From IMG/VR virus record IMGVR_UViG_3300028048_000042: a DNA stretch of 64,000 nt. One strand, written 5' to 3'. Shown one piece after another: positions 37,281 to 47,400 of this stretch (the first letter of the stretch is position 1; each line of letters begins with the position of its first letter). The notes below the pieces were generated by a model that was not told where the DNA came from, ran no database searches, and worked only from the letters and a program-made list of their open reading frames with translations. The DNA is from a virus. Taxonomy: Duplodnaviria; Caudoviricetes. The position numbers and the translations under genes are program-made.

Positions 37281-38246
37281 ATGGCTGAGAAGAAAGATGC
37301 TAATGAAAAAAAGAATGACGAGTCTGTAAGAAAAATTATTAAGGACTTGATTTTTGAAGGGCAAAGTGTCCAAACAATTGAATATAAAAATAAAAAATGG
37401 ACATTTAAGACTTTGACCCCAAAAGAAATGAATAAAACATTGGCAATTTCTAATATCAATAAAGATTATGAAGCATATTCACTTACATATAAATTGGAAA
37501 TTCTTAAATCAGCTATCGTTGCCATAAATGATATAGAAGTTAGTAACGAAGCAAAGGAAATGTTTGATAATTTGCCAATAAAAATTATTGATGAATTATA
37601 TGATGAATATTTAAAAATAAGTAGAGTTCTTGTATGCACACAGGATGACTTTGAGGTTATTCGCGATATTTCTAAAAATGATGATACAGCAATTTTGAAA
37701 TTTACTGTTATGAAGGAATTCGGTGCTTTGCCGACAGAACAGCGTGTTAAGGATTTAAATGAACATCAATGGGTTTGGTTATATAACAGTATTATTCATG
37801 AAAGAAATGAACGTGCAAAAGACCGTATAGATGAACTTGATTATTTGGCGTTCTTTGTTAATCCTGAGTTACATAACAAAGTTAAAGAAGCAAAGAAAAA
37901 CAAAGGCGAGAAAAAAGGCTTATTTAGCAAAAGTGGTGTGGAAATGGTAGAAGAACATGATGAAGAAAATCCATACAACCCAAATGTTGTAACTCATTAT
38001 GGCAATACTACTGTTGATGATGATTTCGAAGCTAAATTGAAATTGTTTGTTAATGAAAACGAAGCTACAACTGAACTTGATTCTGATACTCAGAAGGGTG
38101 ATTCTAGCGAATCTCAGGAAGACTTTATCACAAGAGCATTGCGAATGCAGAAAGTTGTTGAACAAGAGAATTTGAAAAAGTTGGAAAAAGATGCTGAAGA
38201 AGCAGGCGTAAATCCTGAGGATTTGGATGGATTTGAAATTAATTAA
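37281..38246 (+). CDS. Tail assembly chaperone (G+T-like long form)
   Basis: Lies between the tube and tape measure genes; N-terminal KKWTFKTLT...LEILKSAIVAIN...IIDELYDEY aligns with 50276 ORF, followed by a T-like LPTEQRVKDLNEHQWVWLY segment. Confidence 0.6.
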   Translation: MAEKKDANEKKNDESVRKIIKDLIFEGQSVQTIEYKNKKWTFKTLTPKEMNKTLAISNINKDYEAYSLTYKLEILKSAIVAINDIEVSNEAKEMFDNLPIKIIDELYDEYLKISRVLVCTQDDFEVIRDISKNDDTAILKFTVMKEFGALPTEQRVKDLNEHQWVWLYNSIIHERNERAKDRIDELDYLAFFVNPELHNKVKEAKKNKGEKKGLFSKSGVEMVEEHDEENPYNPNVVTHYGNTTVDDDFEAKLKLFVNENEATTELDSDTQKGDSSESQEDFITRALRMQKVVEQENLKKLEKDAEEAGVNPEDLDGFEIN

Positions 38247-38264
38247 GGAAGGAGGTTCTTTGTT

Positions 38265-41200
38265 TTGGATAGTGTATTTGATATATACAGTGATAAAAAT
38301 AAAAAAGCTAGTGGCGATGGTAATACATCTGTGGGTAAAATTGAAAATGAAACAGCAACAAAATTAATTGCTACCCAAATTGATAAAATGTCAGAAACTT
38401 TAGAGAATGCAAACAATCAATTTGGACAATTAAAAACTGTGTTTAACGATAACCAATTGCTACCTGCAATGAATCATGTTCAGTCAATGGTTAAAGACTT
38501 GAATGAAGTTAAAACGTTGTTGTCTAATAATTCTGCTACAAGTAATGACCTAAGTCAATATTTTAGTAATGCTTCACAAGATTGTGTTAAAATGGAGCAG
38601 ATGTTTACTAACTTGTCTAAAAGTTCTGAAAACATTTCAAAAATGGCGAATGATAAGTTGGCAGCTTCCGTTTCAACTACTTCTCAAGATGTGGCTCGAC
38701 AAGCACAGGAATTAAAGAATAATCTGAGTCAGATAATGCAAATTCTTGGGCAGGTTCAGAATGCTGTAACAGAAACAACACAAGCAACACAAGGTGCTAC
38801 ACAGGATTTAAATACAGTAAATTCGCAAATTGGACAAACCTTAGAACAGCAAAAAAATAGTGCTACGATAAATCAGACAATAGCACAAAACTTAGGCAAA
38901 ATTTCTGAAAATACTCGTCAGCAATTTGATAGTGTAATGAAAGATTTGTCTGAACGTGCAGGCAACTATGAAAAACTAAATCTTGCTTTTGGAAATATGA
39001 TTTCTGATGCAAATCAAATTGCCAATGCTGAATTAGTAACTGAGCTGGAAAATTTACAACAGCAATTATCGAATGATGATAAAGACGGTTCTCAGCAATC
39101 CATTGCAAATGTTTCAAGAATTGTGGAACAAGGCAATCAGAGGATGGAACAGGTCGCAAAATATCATGAAGAAACGAAAGCGAATAGCGTTGCAAATTAT
39201 AGAAAGTTAATAGAAAACATTAAAGCAACAGAACAAAGTATAACCTCTATATTGCAGCAAAAGGAAGATGTTCTTGGTGTTAAAAACGCAGATGGATTTA
39301 AATCTGAAATTGAGTCGTTAAGAAATTTGAGAGAAGAAGTTTCAAATCAAGCAAAAACTCAAATTAACACAATTATGGAACAACAGAAAAAAGCAATTTC
39401 TGAAGCCATCAATATACAACATCAAAATCAAAATGGTGCTGTGGATAAAAATAGTTCTACATATGATTTGGTTACTTCTCAAATTATGAACGGTCAAATT
39501 CAAGGAATCAATTATGATAGATTGGTTCATGGCGTTGACGATGCTTTAATGGGATTGGAACAAAGTCGTGGTAAAAATTCTCCTTGGTATCAGTACGTAA
39601 CTACAGGTAATTTGCTTGGTAATAAAACTGAGTTAGCAAGTAATTTGCGAAATGTTCAGAGATATGGATATGCAGCACAGCAATCACAAGATGGTCTGCT
39701 AAAAGCTTTAACAGATGACCATTTGACAAATGCTCAAAAAGCACAATCTATTGGACAATTACAAGGTGCTTATAGTCCATTAATAGAGAGTATTAAGAAA
39801 ACTGCTAATGGAATGAATTTCTCCACAGGCGGTGGAAAAGGATTAACTGAACAAGATAAAAAAGTCCTCGATGGTTTTAAGGTACAAGTTGAATCTGCGT
39901 TAGATAATCTTACAAAATCTATAAATGCGATTGAAGCACATGACCCTAATGATGCTACATTGAAACAATTGCGTGAAGAACAAAAAGTTTTGCAAGATAT
40001 TAAAGATAAAGCAGATAAAGCTTCGGAATCTTCAAGTGCATTATCGAATATTTTTAGTACCATGTGGAGTGGATTGAAAAAATTCAAAAATATTCTTGCA
40101 AGTGGTTTGTCATTGCTTGGTCTTGGAGGATTGCTAAATCCTCTCACTCAACTTAAAGCAGGTATTGAACAGGAAGAAGCACAAGGAAAACGCCGTTATC
40201 GTGCAGCAAAATTAGACTTCTATATGGGTACAGGATTAAATGGTGCTCGTATGATTGATTCTGCTGATACGCAAGCTAATTATTATTGGCGTATTACAAA
40301 CGGTATGATTTCTGAGGATGAATTCTTAGATTATAATAGTGCTTTGGCACATGGTGTTGGCGGTCATTATGGTGAAAGTCAGGAAAAGGCTGCAAGCGAT
40401 ATGCACAATATCGCAAAACAGACAATGGCTTTTATTAAGACCAAAGATATTTCTACAAATTCCGCTGCAGATTTTTATAAAAATTTCTATAAAGATGCAG
40501 GTATGTCTGCGGAAGCAGCAAGTGCAGCTTTGGTAAGTGTTGCTCAAACAGCCACCACAGCAAATGTTCCTGTTGAAAAATATGTAAATATGGTTTCTCA
40601 AATGGCAGCATCGTTACGTAACCAAGGTATTAGTGCAGAACAGGTTCAAGGTTCAATGAATGCATTAGTACGTAAAGGATTACGCCCTGAAGATGCACAA
40701 AGTATGGTTGGTAGTTTTGCAAATGCCAATCAAAATATGGCAAAAGATATGAACGCTAGTGCTTTTTGGGGAATGATGGCAGGACAAGGTGGCGACCCAT
40801 TTTCATTAATTGCGGCTGGTTATAAGAGTCATAATGCTGATGGTTCTGTAAATAAACAATGGGCGAACATGATGGGGCAACGTGTGTTTGCTGAAATGGG
40901 ATTCATGGCAACTATCGGTGGAATGGACAACCCATTGGGTCAAAGTATGGCTATTGACGTTTTGACTAATAGAGGATATGGTCGTAAAGATGCAAGTATG
41001 ATTGTTGACGCATTAGAAAAAGGTGATAATGACCTTGTTGCTGATTTGTTCCAAAAAGCAGAAGACCACAAAGACGGTGGTAAAGCTATGCTTGCTGAAG
41101 CTGCTGATGAAGCTGTTGCACAATTAAAACAAGCAGGAAACCAAGTATCTGTGTTCCAAAAAATATCAACTGATATGGTTGAAATGCAGAAACAAATTGG

Positions 41201-44200
41201 TAATGCTATAAGAGATTATTTATCAGAGCCTTTGAAAAAATTTAGAGAAGGTTTTGGTGAAGTCCTTAAAACAATTGTTGATTGGTCTAAAAAATTAATT
41301 GATGCAGTAACAGGTTTGCTAGATGGTAATAGTACAGCAGGTCAAGCGTTATCATGGATGGGTGATAATCCTGGCAAAACCTTTTTAGGTGCTGTAGGAA
41401 CAGGTGCTGTATTATTTGCAGGAGCTAGGGGTCTTAAATCTTTAGGCTCAAAAGCTGTTAATAAAATTGCAGGTGGTGCTACAGGTTCAGTTATATCAAA
41501 AGCAGGTAAACTTGCTCGTGGCGGTTCTATGGGACTCGGTATGCTTGGGGCAGGTCTTGCATTAGGTGTAGGCGGTGTTGCATTAACACAACTTGTTAAG
41601 ATGTTCAGCGATGGAACAGCTACGGTTACTGCTAAAGAACAAGGTACAGCCGCGAAAAATGCAATGGATAACATAATTACAACTTATAATGCTGATAGTG
41701 TTCCTGAATATTCAAGTCCTGATTTACCAAATGATATTGTTAATGATGGTTTTGAATCACCAAATCATTTTATGGATGTTATTAATGGAGACTTTAGAGA
41801 TAAGGGTCTACAAGATGAAATTAATGACTATCAAGAAAAAGACCCATATGAATGGAGTGAGGGAACAAAAACATTAGCTGACAATGCTTTGGATATAGGT
41901 ATGGGCGTTGCCGCGGCGGCAGGATATGCAGGAAGTGCTATGTTTACACGCAATGGTAAAGCAAAATGGTTGCGTAATAAACGAACAATAAATCAAAATC
42001 TTAAAAATTTAAAAGAAGGTGTAAGAGATTTAAGATATGATGGTATTTCATTAGGCACAAGACTTTTCGCAGGTAGTTCTTATGGTAAATCACTTTGGGG
42101 CAATATGGCAAAATCCATGAAGGGATTAAAAGGCACAGGTGCTTTAGGTGCGGCTCTTACTGTTGGTGGTGATGTTTTCAGTGAATATCAGGATGCAAAA
42201 GATAATCCTGATAGATTTACCAATGGACAACGAGCAGGCCGTGTAGCATTTAAATCAGGTGGCGCACTTGTTGGAGGTGCAGTTGGTGGATTTTTAGGCT
42301 CTGCATTAGGGCCTTTAGGCACGATGGGTGGTGCTTGGGCAGGCTCAATGGTTGGCGGTTGGGCAGGCGAAAAATTAATGAATTCCCAAGTTGGTGCCGC
42401 ATTTGGTCTTGCTGATTGGCAAGGTAATGCTCGTCAAAATGAGAAAAAAGTCAAAGATTATGAAAATTCTGTTCGTCAATCAGAAGAATTATATGGTGAT
42501 GCTTCTAAGAGTATCTTGAATTCTAATAATGAAAACCATAAAGCTGTTGGAAAAGCATTAGGCGACCACGGTATAAAGGTTGAAGATGTTACTCGTGAAG
42601 AAGAACAATATATGAATGATTTGTTTAATGAATTAAAATCTAAAGGCTTTAATGAACAGTTGGCAGCATATTTAGCAGCATCGCAAATAACTGTTTATAA
42701 AGAGCAAGCAGAATTTGCGAATAAAAATGATGTTAGTTCTTTAGCTGATAGCTTGAAAAAAATTGGTCGAAATGCTTTGGATGGTGTGTCAGGAGAATCA
42801 GAAGAACAAAAACTTGCAGAACATGAATTAATGGCAAGTGCGCTATTATCAGGTACATTTTATGGCGATAGTGATATTGATACAAAAGCAGATGCTGCTG
42901 ATGCCTTTTTAAGTGCTATTAAAAATCATATTGTTCCTAACGATGAATACTTAAAAAATTGGGTAGCTGTTTATGACGAAGCAGGTATTGAGAATAGTTG
43001 GTCAAAGTATACAGAAGATGGAGAAGAGGCAGAAAAAATAAAAAAATTATACAGAGAATACGCTAAAAAATTTAGAGGTGATGATTGGTTTGATAATGAG
43101 GATAAATTAAAGATGGCAAAATGGGCTGCAATGACGGATTATGCAAGAGACAATCAAGAGTCAGGTGTAGCAAAAGATATAGCTAATGATTGGGCATATT
43201 TTGCTTCACAAAAGTATAAAAAAGAAGTTAATGACCAAACCGCAGCAATCCTTCGAGAGAAGGATGGTACACCAAAGGAAAAGGCAAATCAAATTTATAA
43301 AAATCCATATACTTTAGCTCCAAAAATCAATCCTGCAAGAACAGGTTTGCGAGAAAAATTCAGAAAAACTGTTCGTGAACAATTAGGAAAAACATATGTT
43401 GAGGGGAAAAATGGCCCTGAAGAATTTGACGATAGTGGGTTGATGGAATATGGTGGCAAACAAGCAGGTTTGACATATTTTGGTAGGCAAGCCAACAATC
43501 AATACGATTTTTTCAAAGGAAAGAATGCTTTAAAAAAATCTATAAATGAATTGACCGCAGGCGATTTGATGTTCTTCAAAGGAGATAACGGCGAAATTAA
43601 CCATGTTGGTATGTATGATGGGAATGGTAAAATCGTTCAAGCTTCACAAGGAGAAGGAAAAGTTGTTGAGGGTAATATAAATGATATTTGGTTTCGTGAC
43701 CACTTTGCAGCTGGTGGTGACTTGTCTGCTGTAGGTGCTGAAGCAGGTGCTCCTGAAAGTGGTGACGGCAGTGGTGGTGAACAAAAAACCGTTGCTGAAG
43801 TTTTGGGTGCAAGAGAAAGTCTTTATGACGCACAAATGAAACAAATTGGTGAATTTGCAGGTATGAAAGACAAAGAATTGCTAAATGATAAGATTGCGAC
43901 AGGTCAATACATTTTGGATGGCGTTAGTGCTTTATCTGCAAATGGCAATTATATGTCTATTAGAGGTGTTCGAGATTCTTTCCGTTTAAATTCAGGTGTG
44001 AAAGATAAAGACTTGTTTGGTGTTGGTCTAAAAGGTGCTTTCTCAGGTGATGGCAAAATGCTTTCTGATGCAGGCGTTCTTGAAATGGACGAGAGATTAT
44101 CAAAACAGGCAGGTGAAAAAGACAAGCACACTTATCATTTGAAAGGATATGAAGAAGCAGAAAAGTATTCTTCTGAAATGGATAAGATTGCAGAAGAAAT

Positions 44201-44435
44201 GCATGAAGCTAACAAAGAACAAAGAGAAGTTTATGCAAAAGAAAAAGAAGAAAAAGAAAAAGCCATTGAAAAAATGGATAAGTCTAAACAGACTGCAAAA
44301 ATTTCCATTACGGTTATTGGTAGTGATGGTAAAGAAAAGAAAATAATGGCTACTGAGGATGAATTGAGAGCTTTAATTGCGCAACAGAAAGAAATGATTG
44401 CTCAGTTGCATGAAGAGTTAAAACAAAGAGGATAA
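38265..44435 (+). CDS. Tape-measure-like protein 1 with C-terminal NlpC/P60 domain (catalytic Cys replaced by Asp)
   Basis: Long coiled coil, Gly/Ala-rich TM-like segments; QLGKTYVEG..GPEEFDDSGL...GDLMFF...HVGMYDGNG. Confidence 0.82.
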   Translation: MDSVFDIYSDKNKKASGDGNTSVGKIENETATKLIATQIDKMSETLENANNQFGQLKTVFNDNQLLPAMNHVQSMVKDLNEVKTLLSNNSATSNDLSQYFSNASQDCVKMEQMFTNLSKSSENISKMANDKLAASVSTTSQDVARQAQELKNNLSQIMQILGQVQNAVTETTQATQGATQDLNTVNSQIGQTLEQQKNSATINQTIAQNLGKISENTRQQFDSVMKDLSERAGNYEKLNLAFGNMISDANQIANAELVTELENLQQQLSNDDKDGSQQSIANVSRIVEQGNQRMEQVAKYHEETKANSVANYRKLIENIKATEQSITSILQQKEDVLGVKNADGFKSEIESLRNLREEVSNQAKTQINTIMEQQKKAISEAINIQHQNQNGAVDKNSSTYDLVTSQIMNGQIQGINYDRLVHGVDDALMGLEQSRGKNSPWYQYVTTGNLLGNKTELASNLRNVQRYGYAAQQSQDGLLKALTDDHLTNAQKAQSIGQLQGAYSPLIESIKKTANGMNFSTGGGKGLTEQDKKVLDGFKVQVESALDNLTKSINAIEAHDPNDATLKQLREEQKVLQDIKDKADKASESSSALSNIFSTMWSGLKKFKNILASGLSLLGLGGLLNPLTQLKAGIEQEEAQGKRRYRAAKLDFYMGTGLNGARMIDSADTQANYYWRITNGMISEDEFLDYNSALAHGVGGHYGESQEKAASDMHNIAKQTMAFIKTKDISTNSAADFYKNFYKDAGMSAEAASAALVSVAQTATTANVPVEKYVNMVSQMAASLRNQGISAEQVQGSMNALVRKGLRPEDAQSMVGSFANANQNMAKDMNASAFWGMMAGQGGDPFSLIAAGYKSHNADGSVNKQWANMMGQRVFAEMGFMATIGGMDNPLGQSMAIDVLTNRGYGRKDASMIVDALEKGDNDLVADLFQKAEDHKDGGKAMLAEAADEAVAQLKQAGNQVSVFQKISTDMVEMQKQIGNAIRDYLSEPLKKFREGFGEVLKTIVDWSKKLIDAVTGLLDGNSTAGQALSWMGDNPGKTFLGAVGTGAVLFAGARGLKSLGSKAVNKIAGGATGSVISKAGKLARGGSMGLGMLGAGLALGVGGVALTQLVKMFSDGTATVTAKEQGTAAKNAMDNIITTYNADSVPEYSSPDLPNDIVNDGFESPNHFMDVINGDFRDKGLQDEINDYQEKDPYEWSEGTKTLADNALDIGMGVAAAAGYAGSAMFTRNGKAKWLRNKRTINQNLKNLKEGVRDLRYDGISLGTRLFAGSSYGKSLWGNMAKSMKGLKGTGALGAALTVGGDVFSEYQDAKDNPDRFTNGQRAGRVAFKSGGALVGGAVGGFLGSALGPLGTMGGAWAGSMVGGWAGEKLMNSQVGAAFGLADWQGNARQNEKKVKDYENSVRQSEELYGDASKSILNSNNENHKAVGKALGDHGIKVEDVTREEEQYMNDLFNELKSKGFNEQLAAYLAASQITVYKEQAEFANKNDVSSLADSLKKIGRNALDGVSGESEEQKLAEHELMASALLSGTFYGDSDIDTKADAADAFLSAIKNHIVPNDEYLKNWVAVYDEAGIENSWSKYTEDGEEAEKIKKLYREYAKKFRGDDWFDNEDKLKMAKWAAMTDYARDNQESGVAKDIANDWAYFASQKYKKEVNDQTAAILREKDGTPKEKANQIYKNPYTLAPKINPARTGLREKFRKTVREQLGKTYVEGKNGPEEFDDSGLMEYGGKQAGLTYFGRQANNQYDFFKGKNALKKSINELTAGDLMFFKGDNGEINHVGMYDGNGKIVQASQGEGKVVEGNINDIWFRDHFAAGGDLSAVGAEAGAPESGDGSGGEQKTVAEVLGARESLYDAQMKQIGEFAGMKDKELLNDKIATGQYILDGVSALSANGNYMSIRGVRDSFRLNSGVKDKDLFGVGLKGAFSGDGKMLSDAGVLEMDERLSKQAGEKDKHTYHLKGYEEAEKYSSEMDKIAEEMHEANKEQREVYAKEKEEKEKAIEKMDKSKQTAKISITVIGSDGKEKKIMATEDELRALIAQQKEMIAQLHEELKQRG

Positions 44436-44451
44436 ATGGAAGGATATTGAA

Positions 44452-47400
44452 ATGGCAACTTTACAAACAGCGTTCCAAAAATACGCTACGAATACAGTTA
44501 ACAAACAAATAAAGTCTTCTATTTCTGATGTAAAATCGGCAATAAAGAAGTTGGAAAAAGTTCGTAAAACTTCTATAAAAGATAAACAAGAGTTGTTGAC
44601 TGAAGTTGAAAAATATATAGCGAATCTGCGTACTTGCCTTACAGAATTGAAAAAGTTAGACGAGGTTGATTTTTCAAATGCAAAAATAAAACACCAAGTT
44701 GCACAAAAGGACGCTTTGGAACAGTTGAGAAACTATGAAAATGCGATTTCAAAATATAATATTTCTGTTTTGACTTTGGCAGATTCTCTTAATATTGATA
44801 AAACAAGTATGCAGGCTTTACATGAAGCCTGCATAGCCCCTATGGGGGTTTCAATGTGGCAAGAACTGCTTGCAAGTGTTTCTTTAGCAACAACAAAGAA
44901 TTTCAGTCAAGGGCAATTAGCTTATGAGGAAAATTATCGAAAAACTTTATCTGCATCTATTGGTGATATTGCTTATGATATGTATTTACCGACAGCGCAA
45001 TATAATCCTATAGGTGGAATAACGACACAAGCTGATATTGAAGAAACAGTAAAAAAAGCATTAGACCCTTTTATTGAAGCACAGAATAGGATTATAGAAA
45101 ATGCAAAAGATTTTGAAAATCAAAAGCAAGGAAAAGAACAATTAGCCACAAAGCAAAGATTAGCGTTTTTAACTGAATTGAGTCAAACGATTCAACAGCA
45201 ATATCAAACAGGTACAATTACTACGGATTCTCGTCAAAAAGCAAATAAGCTTTTGCAGATGATGGAAGATTTTAATAATAATCTTGATAAAGCTATTATG
45301 GTAGATATTACACTTTCGGAAGGACAAATGTCTGAATTAAACAGAGAATTTATTAACTGTACCGAAAAACAAAAACAATTAAAAGATTATATTGAAAAAT
45401 TTGATAAACAGATTTTAAAAAATTCAACGGAAAAGATTCAATCGTTAGATAGTATTAATAAAGCTATTATAGATACAATTGAAAGCTTAACTACATCTTA
45501 TTTGGTTTTGATGGATAACAATATTGGAGATATAACAGATTTGTCTCCTGTCTTAAATAGTTATGCTAAATATTTTTCTCAAATCGGACAAGGTGGAGAA
45601 GTAACACAAGGTATTGAAAATGCAATGCGTAATACGTATTATAATACCAAACTTGGAAATGCTTTTTCTTCAGGGAATTTGCAAAAAGCGTACTTGGGGT
45701 TAAATACTATTGACCGAACAGGTTACGAAAATAGATTTTCCACTTATAACAATGAAACGTTGAGAAATAAAATACAACAAGGTATTTACTTAAATGAACA
45801 ATTTAGAAATGATTATAAGGATTTTGGGGAGGTTGGATATAATGGTATAACTGTACAACATGCTCAAAGCACATTAGTTCCTATTGCTTCTCAAAGTGCA
45901 GATGTACATATAGATTTGTTAAAAAATAGTCAACAAAATATTTTATTGACTCAAAAAGATAAAGAAACTCGTCAGTATATTGTGAATTCTGCAAAAAAAA
46001 TAGTTGAAGATATTGACAAATTGCTTTATAGTTTTGATTCATTGGAAGAAAAACCAAAAGCATATGAAGGATTAAAAAAACAAAAAATTGAACTCGAAGA
46101 AGAAATTGAAAAAATTGAAAATATGGGCAGTTCGTTTGACAAATTAAAAAAATTCTTGCAAACGCTTAATTCAATGAAAAATAAAATGATTGGTGGTTTG
46201 GGTGCAATTTTTGGAGCAATGGGTATAGGACAATTATTCCACCCGTTACAGATGTTAGGCGAAATAATCAACCAAATGAATGAAATGGGACGATTGAGAT
46301 ACCAAACGTCTATGGCTGATTTTAGTGCAGGACATAGTATGAATGTGGGGCTAAATGAGTACATGAGTTATACGCTTCCTAAATACTATTATGATTTGTC
46401 TTATGGACAAATTGATAGGACAAAACCTTTGGCAATGTATAAAGGTTTAATTAAAAATGTTGGTGGACATTATGGCGCAAATACAACAAATGACTTATCA
46501 TGGATGGCTTCTCAAATTGTTGCTGATTCAGAATTGTTTGATTTGGGTGATGGAGAAATTTTTGCATTTTTAAAAACCTTCTATAAAGATATGGGAGATA
46601 GTGCTACTGAAGCAATGCAAAAATTGCGTAGCTTGGAAACCTTTGCACAATTATATAACATTCCAATGGAAAAAATGCTGTCGTTAATTAATGGAATGAC
46701 AGAAGGAATGCGTTCTTTGGGTGTATCTTCTCGTGTGGTTCTTAATTCTGTAACAGGATTAGTTCGTATGAATAAAATGCGAATTGAAGATGCCGCTGAT
46801 TTAGTTCAATCTACTGCGACAAATGCAGATAAAATGTCAAAAGATTGGTCACGTAGTATTTTTTGGGGAATGATGAGTCAAATTAATAAGGGCGAACATA
46901 TGGATGACCTTTTTGACCTTGTTTTGGATGGATATAAGTCTCATTTTGCAGATGGGTCTGTAAATGAAAAATATTATGATTCTATGGTGGATAGATTATT
47001 TGCAGAAAGTGAATATTTTGGCACTCGTTGGGGTAGTGACCAAGATATGAATGATACAGATATGGGTTCTCACCTCTTAGACCAAGGTTATAATTTAAAA
47101 CAAACAGCAGAAATTATTCAACTGAAAAAAGAAGGTAAATTAGATGAATTAAAGAAAAAACTTAAAGCTTATGATGAATACAAAGACCCTCTTGCTCCTG
47201 CTGAAAAAACAAAAGAGTTTGCAGGACAGATTAAGACAATTGCAGAACAATTGGCAGAGACAACGAAACTCCAAGCAACTCTTAATAGCAAATTAAATGA
47301 AATTGCACATATTATTGATGAAAAGTTAGGCCCCACTCTTGAAAAAGGCAGAGGATTTATTCATGCAATGTTGAAAAAATATGGAAATGCAATGGCAGGT

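Noticed and set aside
37610-37624. U-UUA-AAA slippery heptamer at the end of the G-like domain of ORF 37281 (the -1 frame stops at TAG 37622)
   Set aside because: The position is suggestive, but such heptamers are common by chance in AT-rich DNA and no stimulatory structure is evident
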